Assembly: GCA_964495955.1 (NCBI GenBank)
Contig: CAZBXS010000001.1
Location: 1-39,952 of the forward strand
Reading direction: 5' to 3'
DNA length: 39,952 nucleotides
From: an uncultured Faecalibacterium sp.
GTDB taxonomy: Bacteria > Bacillota > Clostridia > Oscillospirales > Acutalibacteraceae
This document shows positions 9,432 to 17,532 of the stretch, piece after piece. Made by a program: the position numbers and the translations under genes. The notes under the pieces are model-generated. The model had not been told where the DNA came from. It made no database searches and saw nothing but the letters and a program-made list of their open reading frames with translations. Numbering within the stretch: the first letter of the stretch is position 1; every line of letters starts with the position of its first letter.

Positions 9432-10325
9432 TCAATCCAAACCGAAGTTGTGAATTAAGCCTTCTCTGTTTCTCCAGCCTTCCTTGACTTTCACCCAACA
9501 TTGAAGATTTATTCGGCAGTCGAAAAACTTTTCCATGTCCTGCCTTGCATAAGTCGAAATTTTCTTGAGCATTGCACCTTTTTTACCGATAATTATGCCT
9601 TTATGGCTTTCTTTTTCACAGTATATGACAGCGTCAACGTCCATGATGTCACTGTCTGTGCGTTCTTTCATGCCCTCGATACTGACGGCTGTTCCGTGGG
9701 GGATTTCTTTGTCTAAAAGTCTGAGCATTTTTTCTCTGATTATTTCACCAGCTATAACACGCTCCGGTTGGTCTGTCAGCGTGTCGTCGGGGAAATAATG
9801 CGGTGACGGGAATGCGAGTTTGTCAAGTTCCGTCATAAGTTCGTCCACGCCGTCGTTTTTGACAGCGGAAACGGGTACAACGGCGTCAAAATCGTAGTAC
9901 TTCGACATTTCCAAAATCCTGCCCATAAGTTCGCTCTTGTCTTTGATGGTATCTATTTTGTTTATGGCGAGGATAACGGGCATTTTTTCTTTTTTGAATT
10001 TCGCTATAAGCTCCGCTTCCGTTTCACGAAGTTCGCCCGACGGCTCTACAACGAAAAGGCAGGCATCGACGCCGGATATACTGTCCGATACGGCTTTGAC
10101 CATCTTTTCGCCGAGCTTGGTACGAGGACGGTGATAACCTGGGGTGTCGGTGAAAACGAGCTGTATATCATCTCTCGTAAGTACGCCCATTATTTTCGTT
10201 CTTGTCGTTTGCGGTTTATCGGATACGATAGCGATTTTCTGTCCGAGCATCACGTTAAGAAGTGACGATTTTCCGACATTCGGACAACCTACTATCGCTA
10301 TAAAAGCTGTCTTGGTTTCTCTCAT
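9432..10325 (-). CDS. era: GTPase Era
   Basis: G1 GCPNVGKSSLLN, G3 DTPG, G4 NKID, and a C-terminal KH domain (GIIIGKKGAMLKKI). Start set at the ATG at 10325 (GAGG 9 nt upstream). The TTG at 10340 and the ATG at 10331 are alternatives. Confidence 0.92.
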   Translation of the reverse strand: MRETKTAFIAIVGCPNVGKSSLLNVMLGQKIAIVSDKPQTTRTKIMGVLTRDDIQLVFTDTPGYHRPRTKLGEKMVKAVSDSISGVDACLFVVEPSGELRETEAELIAKFKKEKMPVILAINKIDTIKDKSELMGRILEMSKYYDFDAVVPVSAVKNDGVDELMTELDKLAFPSPHYFPDDTLTDQPERVIAGEIIREKMLRLLDKEIPHGTAVSIEGMKERTDSDIMDVDAVIYCEKESHKGIIIGKKGAMLKKISTYARQDMEKFFDCRINLQCWVKVKEGWRNREGLIHNFGLD

Positions 10326-10336
10326 TTTCATATACC

Positions 10337-12460
10337 TCAATTTCCGAAAATTCTCTCAAGCAGTGAGAACAGACCCCAGCGGTCAGATATATCCGTACCG
10401 GGCTGTGTTGTGCCGTTTTGTTCGCCCTCACTCGTCGGCGGTTGCGTCGTAACGAGCGGTTTGCCCCAATAGGAAACGGTGACCTCGGTGCCTTTCGGGT
10501 ATTCTTCGCCGGCGATAAGACTGTAGTCGGTGATATAACCCGTTCTCTTAAAGCCGTTGTTGTACTTTTCGACTTTATTTACGGCGAAGCCTATCGCTTC
10601 AAGTTGAGCCGTCGCTTCGTCTATCTTCATGTCGCCGACATCTATCATGGTTATCATTTCGATACCCTTGCTGATATATACGGTGACGGTTGTACCCATC
10701 GGTACTTTTTCTTCGGCTTTTACGCTTTGGCTGAAAACATATCCTGCTTTGACCGTATCGCAGTAGTCGTATTCGAATACTATATTATACTTTCTTAAAT
10801 ATGCGGAGTTGCTTTCGATGTACTCCTTAGTCAGTTCGTAAAAGTTCGGAACGCTGACATATGTCACGTCGTCCTCGTCTTCTCTGTCGCTGTTTATCGG
10901 CAGGAACGAAAACACCGACAGTGCGTTATCAAGAGACGGCGCATCAAAGACTTTATAAAGCACGGTGCCGTATAAAAGCATGACTGTCAAAACGCCGACA
11001 AGAGCTATGGATATGGCTATCGTAACGCCCAAAACTATCGGATTTCTCGGTTTTTGACGTTCTTTTTCGATTTTGTTTTTGATGTCATCGGTCAGCTTTT
11101 TGCGACTTTGAGCTATTTTGGAATTTTCCTGTTTCGCCTGTTTTTCCTGTTTCTTTCGGGTTTTAAGCTGTCTTTTCATTTCGGCTTCACGCTGAAGACG
11201 TATACGCATTTCTTCGGCTTCACGGCGACGTCTTTCTTCTTCCTCAATTGCCCGTCTTTCCTGTTCTCTTTTGAGTTCTTCTTTCTTTTCGAGTTCTTCA
11301 AGCCGTTCTCTTTCGCTGATAGTTACCGACTTTGACTGAGCGGTTTTTGTTACCGGTACAGCCTGTTTCGGCTTCACTATTTCGGGTTTTTTCGGCTTTT
11401 CGGGGAGCTTTTCTCTGTCGTTCGTTCTCACCCGTACAGCATTCGACTGTCTGTCCGTCGGTGTCGCAATTCTCGTCACGCTTGACGGTTTCGATTCAAA
11501 AGGTACGAACACGTCTCTTATTTCCGCTATGGTTTTCACTCTCTGTTGCGGCATCACTTCAAGACAGCGTGTTATCAAAGAGCGGACGCTTTCGGGTATT
11601 CGCTTTTTTTCATCGTCGGTAAAGTACACTTCGGGGTCGTTGAGCCTTTCTGGTGCGGATTTCAGATCCCTACCCGTTAAGAGTTTGTATATAAGCGCAC
11701 CGATGCTGTATATATCAGTCCATGCGCCCTGTTGCCAATTAAACCCGTACTGTTCGACGGCGGAATAACCGTCATGTACGGAATTTAAAGCTGTGTTCTT
11801 GGTGCTTCTGACTTGAGATATGGCAAAGCCGACGATTTTAAGTTTCCCGTCGGAAGTAAGTATCAGCGTTTCGGGGGATATTCCTCTGTGAACTACGTTA
11901 GCCGTATGAAGCGATTCGACGGTCGAAAGCATCGGAACTATCAGTTCTTTTGTACGTCTGAGTGTGAACGGGTGGTTGGATATATCGGCGCTGTCGAGAA
12001 CTTTCCTGAATGTTGTACCGTCGTTATGGTCGGTTACGGCGTAGCCTGTACCGAAACATGTGATAAGGTCGTTGACGTCAAACAGCGCAGGCAAACCTCT
12101 GAAACGCATGAGGTTACGCCACAGCTGGACGAAGGAATGCAGGTACTCCGAGTACACTTCTTCAAAGCCGTTTTTCGCCGAAAGCGTCACGCCGTCGTCT
12201 CCCCTTTCCGCTATCGGCAAAGGGAAGAATTCTCTGATTTCTATTGTTTTCGAATTGAGGGTGTCAAATGCAAGGTATACCGCACTGTCGACTGTCTTTT
12301 TTATCATTTTTCCGACAATGTATCTACCCTTGAGGACAGTTCCGAACGGCAGGTAAGGTTTCGGCTGAACCGAACTTGAATTAAAGCCGCACGCAGAGCA
12401 GACTTTTTCGCCGTTTTCCAACTGTTTCATACATTGCGGGCATCGGTTTGTGACGGTCAT
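10337..12460 (-). CDS. Membrane protein: N-terminal zinc ribbon, degenerate Ser/Thr kinase-like domain (predicted pseudokinase), charged coiled coil, one TM helix, two extracellular PASTA-like domains
   Basis: CPQC..x10..CSAC at the N-terminus. The domain has Hanks-kinase-like order, but the key motifs read IEIR (for VAIK), HRGISPET (for HRDxKxxN) and VGFA (for DFG). A KE/R-rich segment follows, then the TM helix IVLGVTIAISIALVGVLTVMLLY. Two roughly 65-aa repeats end in TTVTVYISKG and TEVTVSYWG (PASTA-like). GGAGG RBS. The stop lies inside the era RBS region. Confidence 0.7.
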   Translation of the reverse strand: MTVTNRCPQCMKQLENGEKVCSACGFNSSSVQPKPYLPFGTVLKGRYIVGKMIKKTVDSAVYLAFDTLNSKTIEIREFFPLPIAERGDDGVTLSAKNGFEEVYSEYLHSFVQLWRNLMRFRGLPALFDVNDLITCFGTGYAVTDHNDGTTFRKVLDSADISNHPFTLRRTKELIVPMLSTVESLHTANVVHRGISPETLILTSDGKLKIVGFAISQVRSTKNTALNSVHDGYSAVEQYGFNWQQGAWTDIYSIGALIYKLLTGRDLKSAPERLNDPEVYFTDDEKKRIPESVRSLITRCLEVMPQQRVKTIAEIRDVFVPFESKPSSVTRIATPTDRQSNAVRVRTNDREKLPEKPKKPEIVKPKQAVPVTKTAQSKSVTISERERLEELEKKEELKREQERRAIEEEERRRREAEEMRIRLQREAEMKRQLKTRKKQEKQAKQENSKIAQSRKKLTDDIKNKIEKERQKPRNPIVLGVTIAISIALVGVLTVMLLYGTVLYKVFDAPSLDNALSVFSFLPINSDREDEDDVTYVSVPNFYELTKEYIESNSAYLRKYNIVFEYDYCDTVKAGYVFSQSVKAEEKVPMGTTVTVYISKGIEMITMIDVGDMKIDEATAQLEAIGFAVNKVEKYNNGFKRTGYITDYSLIAGEEYPKGTEVTVSYWGKPLVTTQPPTSEGEQNGTTQPGTDISDRWGLFSLLERIFGN

Positions 12461-12503
12461 TGCATTTTCCTCCTTTCGATACAGTCTAAACTTATTCAGT
12501 ATA

Positions 12504-12531
12504 ATTTTATCAAAAAATTCAAATATGTCAA
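12504..12531 (-). promoter_or_regulatory. Sigma-A type promoter for the pseudokinase / era / yqzL / recO / mutS2 gene string
   Basis: Minus strand: TTGACA, 16 nt, TAAAAT, with TGa directly upstream (extended -10). About 45 nt upstream of the ATG at 12460. Confidence 0.6.
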
Positions 12532-12540
12532 GGGGTAATT

Positions 12541-12575
12541 AAATTCGAAATGCGAAATTAGAAATTCGAATTTTT
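12541..12575. repeat. Four to five tandem heptads AAAT(T/G)NG immediately upstream of the promoter -35
   Basis: Plus strand reads AAATTCG AAATGCG AAATTAG AAATTCG AATTTTT. The last full unit plus flank forms the palindrome AAATTCGAATTT. Confidence 0.6.
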
Positions 12576-12702
12576 GTACTTGTCAGTCTGTTGACAGCGG
12601 TTTATCGCTACTAAGCCGTAGGCAGACAGTGCAGTTGGACACAGAATAAAACCGAAAGCCGAATATGTGTATCAAGCTCACGGCATGTCGGCTATGCTTA
12701 CA

Positions 12703-12739
12703 AACTTTAAAACGCCCCACAGCGTTGTTGTGGGGCGTT
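12703..12739 (-). terminator. Rho-independent terminator after the unknown membrane-protein gene
   Basis: 10-bp GC-rich stem aacgccccac / gtggggcgtt with a 9-nt loop, followed on the minus strand by TTAAAGTTT. It lies 12 nt after the stop at 12751. Confidence 0.65.
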
Positions 12740-12750
12740 GGAGATGAGAT

Positions 12751-13668
12751 TTACTCTTCTGTTTTTACTTCTGTATCTTCTTTTTTAGCTCTGCCGAGAG
12801 AGAGGACGACTGTTAAGATGAACACACCGAGTACCAATTCGGCGTAATTTACGGGGTAGTCAGCTACTATGTACTGTCCTGAGGCAACATGGGTCAATAT
12901 CAGTTTCGGGAAGTTGAGCATGATAAGAAGAAGTGACGCAGTTAAACCTATACCCGTAAGTCGCCACTGTGCAGCTTCGGCGTATACTCCGCTGACGCAC
13001 TGTGCGAACGAGAAAAGAAATACCGACGTAAATATCAAAGCCGCTATTTCAAGCAAGAGACTTGATACACGCACAAAACTTATCTGCTTGACGAAGAACG
13101 ATATCAACTTTGCAAGCGACCAGATAACAGGAATAAGAACCGACAGCTTTCTCGATGAGATTTTGCAATTTTTGCGGTGGGCGTTTATTGCGAAAATTAA
13201 AAAGTACACCGCCGAAAGAAAGGCAAAAACCGAAACGAGAATTTGCGGTATATAGCCGTTTTTCATCAGCTGGGTATAATAGCTTACATCTGAATATATT
13301 GTCGACGACTGAAGGGAAGTCAATGCGCCGACGAGACCTTGGAATGTCTCGATTATGAACGATACGAAAAGTACAAGCGCCGTTATTCTGACCGGTACAT
13401 TTTTCGAAAAATCCCTGTCGGCGTCAAGCGTTTTGTTGTTCGCCGAGATAAACGAGCCTATGACAAGGAAAAATCCGACGGCTATAAGCAAACCGTAAAA
13501 TACAGCTACGGTAAAATCGGATTTCGTAAAAAATCCGGTTTCGGCATCAATAAGTTTCACCGAATGATAAAATCTCAGTGCCGTAGTTACGACGAGTGCC
13601 ACGGCGTAGACTATGAAAAACTCACGGGTTTTGAGTTCTTTTGAGGTCGCCTTGATTTTTAATTTCAT
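12751..13668 (-). CDS. Polytopic membrane protein of unknown function (about 8 predicted TM helices)
   Basis: A long hydrophobic ORF in which I recognised no family motif. The track ORF (to 13773) overlaps citrate synthase. I trimmed it to MKLKIK... (ATG at 13668, AGGAGA 7 nt upstream; the ATG at 13674 is an alternative), which begins just after the citrate synthase stop. Confidence 0.6.
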   Translation of the reverse strand: MKLKIKATSKELKTREFFIVYAVALVVTTALRFYHSVKLIDAETGFFTKSDFTVAVFYGLLIAVGFFLVIGSFISANNKTLDADRDFSKNVPVRITALVLFVSFIIETFQGLVGALTSLQSSTIYSDVSYYTQLMKNGYIPQILVSVFAFLSAVYFLIFAINAHRKNCKISSRKLSVLIPVIWSLAKLISFFVKQISFVRVSSLLLEIAALIFTSVFLFSFAQCVSGVYAEAAQWRLTGIGLTASLLLIMLNFPKLILTHVASGQYIVADYPVNYAELVLGVFILTVVLSLGRAKKEDTEVKTEE

Positions 13669-13681
13669 TTTCATTTCTCCT

Positions 13682-15094
13682 TTACAGACGTTCTTCCGTC
13701 GGAACATATTCTTCGACATTCGTGTCTTCCGTTCTGTTCGATATATCGACATATTCTCTCGGAAGAGAAACATTTTTATACGCCGGACGGATTATCCTGC
13801 CACCTGTCATCAGTTCTTCTATTCTGTGAGCTGACCAGCCGGCTATTCTCGCCGTAGCGAACAGTGGTGTAAACAAATCTTCGGGTATACCGAGCATTTT
13901 GTATATAAGTCCGGAATAAAAGTCAACATTCGCACAAACTCGCTTTGACTCGCCTTTTTCTTTTCTGAATATTTCGGGCGTAAGTCTTTCTATGAGTTCC
14001 ATGGACTTGAAGTTATCCGAATACCCCGTCTTTTCGGCGTAATCGGCAGCTTTGGCTTTGAGTATGAGAGCACGGGGGTCGGACTTCGTATAAACTGCGT
14101 GACCCATTCCGTAGATAAGACCCGTACCGTCGCCTGCCTGTTTTCTTATAATTTTCGTCAAGAAGTCGGCAACCTGTCCTTCGTTCGTTATATCGCTGAC
14201 GCCTTCTTCGAGGTATCTGAGCATTTCACAAACTTTTAAGTTCGCACCGCCGTGTCTCGGCCCTTTGAGTGCGCCTATGGCTGCGGCGATAGAAGAATAT
14301 GTATCTGTACCGCTTGAAGTGAGAACTCTTGTAGCGAAAGTGGAGTTGTTACCGCCGCCGTGTTCGGCGTGAACCATAAGGCAAGTATCGAGAAGTCTCG
14401 CTTCTTCGTATGTAAACTTTCTGTCCGAGCGTATGGCGTTGAGTATTGTCTGCGCAGTATCGTATTCGGGTTTTACCGGGTGCAGATACATACTCTTTCC
14501 GTAGAATATTCTTCTTTTGATCTGATACGCATAGCACATTATCATGGGAAGTTGCGCTATGAGATGTATTGACTGTTTAAGTACATTTTCGACCGATAAA
14601 TCGTCGGGGTTTTCATCAAGAGAATAAAGCGACAAAACGCAACGTGCCATCTTGTTCATGATATTCTTAGACGGATTTTTCATTATCATGTCTTCCACGA
14701 AATCGGGCGGAAGTTCACGGCATTCGGCGAGTATTTCACGGAAATTTTTGAGCTGACTTTCCGTCGGGAGAGAGCCGAAAAGAAGAAGCCACGCTATTTC
14801 TTCATATCCGAATCGGTCTTCCCTGTCACACGCTAAAACGAATTCGTTAAGGTTATATCCTCTGTACTTTAAAACGCCGTCTTTGGGTACTTTTTCGCCG
14901 TCGTCAATATAATAACCTTCAACGGAGCATATTTTCGTCAGTCCCGCCATAACACCTGTTCCGTCGGCGTTACGCAGTCCCCTTTTAACTCCGTATTTCC
15001 AGTAGTCGTCAAGTTCGATTTTGTTCTTATTTTCAAGTTGTCCGCATAATAATTCTAAAGCGGAGTCGGATATCGGTGAAACATAGTTTCCCAT
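13682..15094 (-). CDS. gltA: Citrate synthase (Si-type)
   Basis: 470 aa with citrate synthase signatures (HAEHGGGNNSTF, GMGHAVYTKSDPRA, NVDFYSG). GAGGTGA RBS. Confidence 0.9.
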   Translation of the reverse strand: MGNYVSPISDSALELLCGQLENKNKIELDDYWKYGVKRGLRNADGTGVMAGLTKICSVEGYYIDDGEKVPKDGVLKYRGYNLNEFVLACDREDRFGYEEIAWLLLFGSLPTESQLKNFREILAECRELPPDFVEDMIMKNPSKNIMNKMARCVLSLYSLDENPDDLSVENVLKQSIHLIAQLPMIMCYAYQIKRRIFYGKSMYLHPVKPEYDTAQTILNAIRSDRKFTYEEARLLDTCLMVHAEHGGGNNSTFATRVLTSSGTDTYSSIAAAIGALKGPRHGGANLKVCEMLRYLEEGVSDITNEGQVADFLTKIIRKQAGDGTGLIYGMGHAVYTKSDPRALILKAKAADYAEKTGYSDNFKSMELIERLTPEIFRKEKGESKRVCANVDFYSGLIYKMLGIPEDLFTPLFATARIAGWSAHRIEELMTGGRIIRPAYKNVSLPREYVDISNRTEDTNVEEYVPTEERL

Positions 15095-15194
15095 AACATC
15101 ACCTCATTATATTTTACTTGGTTACTCTTAAAGTAATATTTTATAACAACCTGTCTGATAAGTCAATAAAATAAATCTAAAAAGGAGACTTAAA

Positions 15195-16214
15195 ATGAAA
15201 CTATATGCAATTTTATCGTTGATTTTGTTTTTGACGATGCTTTTTGTTCCGCTTTTTTCGCTTCTCGGAAATACTCAAAATACTGTTGCGACTGCCCTGC
15301 CTGTTACTTCGGAGTACGTATCAAATCAAGCTACTTTCGAAGAAAATTCGCCTGTACAGTCCACGTCAACAAGTACGGAAAACAAAAATGAGACGAAAAA
15401 AATCGAGACCGACGGCGAAATAGCGGTTCTTCGGGTGTCGTCGGGAAAGGTCGAAAACGTTGACATTGAGGAGTACGTGATAGGCTGTGTCGCAAGCGAA
15501 ATGCCGTCAAGTTATGAAATCGAAGCTCTCAAAGCACAGGCTGTCGTCAGTTTCACATATGCGTTGTATCAGCGTTCAAAAGGGGGAAGTTCCGACATCA
15601 GCGACGACCCGTCGGTGCATCAAGCCTATACAAGCCGAGAGGAACTCAAAGAAAAATGGGGCGACAGCTACGAAAAAAATATCGCCCAAATCGAAAAAGC
15701 GATCAAGGCGGTAAAAGGCGAATATTTGACGTATAAAAACGAACTGATACAGCCACCGTATTTCGCTTTATCCTGCGGTTCGACCAACAGTGCGGAAGAT
15801 GTTTGGGGCGAAAAAGTCGACTGGCTGATAAGCGTTCCGAGTGACAGCGACAAGCTCTCGGTGTCGGTAAAATCAATATTCGAATTTACGAAAGATGAAA
15901 TATGTACTCAGTTAAAAGACTACGGCATAGATGAAATCAACATCGGGAAAATCGAAAGGACACAAAACGGCTATGTTAAAAGCATCGAAATTTCGTCGAA
16001 AAAATTCAGCGGTGAACAGCTACGACAGCTTTTGTCACTTCGAAGCGGAAATTTCACCGTTGAAAAAAGCGGAGAGCTTTATGTTTTCACATGTATGGGA
16101 TACGGGCACGGCGTCGGAATGAGCCAATACGGAGCAAATTCCATGGCTAAAGACGGAAGTGATTACAAGGAGATACTCGCTCATTTTTATCCCGGAACAA
16201 AAATCTCGAAGTAA
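15195..16214 (+). CDS. spoIID: Stage II sporulation protein D (SpoIID/LytB-domain lytic transglycosylase)
   Basis: N-terminal signal/anchor and SpoIID-domain motifs (VVSFTYAL, PYFALSCGSTNSAEDVWG, GYGHGVGMSQYGA). AAGGAG RBS. This is the only plus-strand gene in the left 32 kb. Confidence 0.88.
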   Translation: MKLYAILSLILFLTMLFVPLFSLLGNTQNTVATALPVTSEYVSNQATFEENSPVQSTSTSTENKNETKKIETDGEIAVLRVSSGKVENVDIEEYVIGCVASEMPSSYEIEALKAQAVVSFTYALYQRSKGGSSDISDDPSVHQAYTSREELKEKWGDSYEKNIAQIEKAIKAVKGEYLTYKNELIQPPYFALSCGSTNSAEDVWGEKVDWLISVPSDSDKLSVSVKSIFEFTKDEICTQLKDYGIDEINIGKIERTQNGYVKSIEISSKKFSGEQLRQLLSLRSGNFTVEKSGELYVFTCMGYGHGVGMSQYGANSMAKDGSDYKEILAHFYPGTKISK

Positions 16215-16217
16215 AAC

Positions 16218-16253
16218 AGCACAAACCCCAAGGCTATGCTTGGGGTTTGTGCT
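16218..16253. terminator. Bidirectional terminator hairpin between convergent spoIID and the lipase gene
   Basis: Perfect 15-bp stem agcacaaaccccaag / cttggggtttgtgct with a 6-nt loop. The flanking U-tracts are only weak (GTTTTAC on the minus side). Confidence 0.6.
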
Positions 16254-16272
16254 AAGTTGTGTTAAGTGCGTT

Positions 16273-17436
16273 TTAACCGAGAGAATTTATCATTTCTATG
16301 TGTTCTGCGTAGAAAAGTCTGACATCGTTTTTGACTGTCATACCGCCTTGAAGTGACATGTGGTCACCTTGATATATCGGCATGACGTTCCAAATACCCG
16401 TCTGTATGTTGTCTTTGTCGAAATCGGTGTGGGGTGCACCTGAGGGATAAAGAGCCGAAATTGTGTTGACTAAGCCGTCGTTTCTCTGCCACGTTTCGTC
16501 GACTGCTATACCGCCGGCTGTGACGCCGTTGTACTTTCCGATACGTTTAGACGCCGGAATAAACAGCGATTCGGTCGTGTCCTCTTTAGGCGCATATGTT
16601 CCGTCTTCAAGCTGTTCGGTGTTATCGCAGGCGTAGGAGAAGTAATATATTCCCTCTACGGTTGCGATCTCTGCATTAAGTTCGTATGCGTAGTCGATAG
16701 TCATATCATGTTCGGCGCTGTCGGCTTCATCTCTGCCGTCGGGTATCGGCATTGTCGCTACGGAAAGCATAGCGGCTGTCGCAAGTTCGGTTGCCGTCGC
16801 TTCCTTATCGTCGAAGATAATTTCTTTGATTATATATGCGCTCGTTCCGTTGTGCGGTGCTGCGAGAGTTGTCAAAGAGTATATCCAGTCGCCCTTTCCG
16901 CCTGCGAAAAACGGCGATAGATCTTCTGCGCCTGTGGCGTCGATTTCCGCTTGACTGCCGTTAGCCATAATTGAGGCAAAAATTCTGACTGTCGCTCCGC
17001 CGAACGAGTGACCGAAAAGGTTAATTTTGTTTTCGCTGTCGAAGTTTTCTACAAGTGCCTTACCTGTGTAATCCGTACCGTATCGGCTGTGACCGCAACG
17101 TTCGGAATGTTCCTTGCCGTAGTCTGTACGGGTACCTGTCAACTGGGCGTAAAGTTCGCACGCTCTGTCCCATGCGCTCGCCGTAGCCGTAACCGAAGCT
17201 GAACGGCTGTCAAGTCCTCTTGCGGAAAGGTAAGTCATAAGGTTTCCGCCCTGCATACCCCAATAGGGCATCGCTTTGTCGACAAGGTCGTAACTTCCCC
17301 AACCGGAAAGTCCGTGGACAAAAATGTTCGTGTACTGAGTTTTCGCACTGTCGGTGTCGGGCGTATACTCCGGTATGTTCAAACACGGAAGAATGAACAT
17401 CAAAATCGCCATAAGAAGTGAATAAAGTTTTGTCAT
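16273..17436 (-). CDS. Secreted lipase / alpha-beta hydrolase
   Basis: Signal peptide MTKLYSLLMAILMFILPCLN, an oxyanion-type HGLSGWG motif and the nucleophile elbow GHSFGG. Start trimmed to the ATG at 17436 (GAGG 8 nt upstream). Confidence 0.8.
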   Translation of the reverse strand: MTKLYSLLMAILMFILPCLNIPEYTPDTDSAKTQYTNIFVHGLSGWGSYDLVDKAMPYWGMQGGNLMTYLSARGLDSRSASVTATASAWDRACELYAQLTGTRTDYGKEHSERCGHSRYGTDYTGKALVENFDSENKINLFGHSFGGATVRIFASIMANGSQAEIDATGAEDLSPFFAGGKGDWIYSLTTLAAPHNGTSAYIIKEIIFDDKEATATELATAAMLSVATMPIPDGRDEADSAEHDMTIDYAYELNAEIATVEGIYYFSYACDNTEQLEDGTYAPKEDTTESLFIPASKRIGKYNGVTAGGIAVDETWQRNDGLVNTISALYPSGAPHTDFDKDNIQTGIWNVMPIYQGDHMSLQGGMTVKNDVRLFYAEHIEMINSLG

Positions 17437-17472
17437 TAAAAGGCCTCGCTTTCGTTCATATTTTGTAAACAT

Positions 17473-17501
17473 AGTATATAATAAATTTATATTATTGTCA
17501 A
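17473..17501 (-). promoter_or_regulatory. Sigma-A type promoter for the lipase gene
   Basis: Minus strand: TTGACA, 17 nt, TATACT. About 35 nt upstream of the ATG at 17436. Confidence 0.6.
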
Positions 17502-17532
17502 TATGTCTGCAAATGAACAAGCGAGGTTGTAA

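Noticed and set aside
13669-13773. N-terminal extensions in the ORF track. Examples: 12751-13773 overlapping citrate synthase by 92 nt, plus the starts at 17520, 18747, 22939, 24717, 26010, 27377, 28929 and 2384.
   Set aside because: The upstream Met or alternative start codons lack an RBS and add non-hydrophobic junk before obvious signal peptides or conserved N-termini. Internal ATGs with GGAGG-type RBSs at 5-10 nt fit better.
15109-15134. Possible sigma-E type sporulation promoter upstream of spoIID (ATATT, 13 nt, CTTAAAGT).
   Set aside because: It matches the Bacillus sigma-E consensus (ATATT / CATACAnT) only partially, in a very AT-rich 100-nt region where such matches arise by chance. 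It is not strong enough to call.
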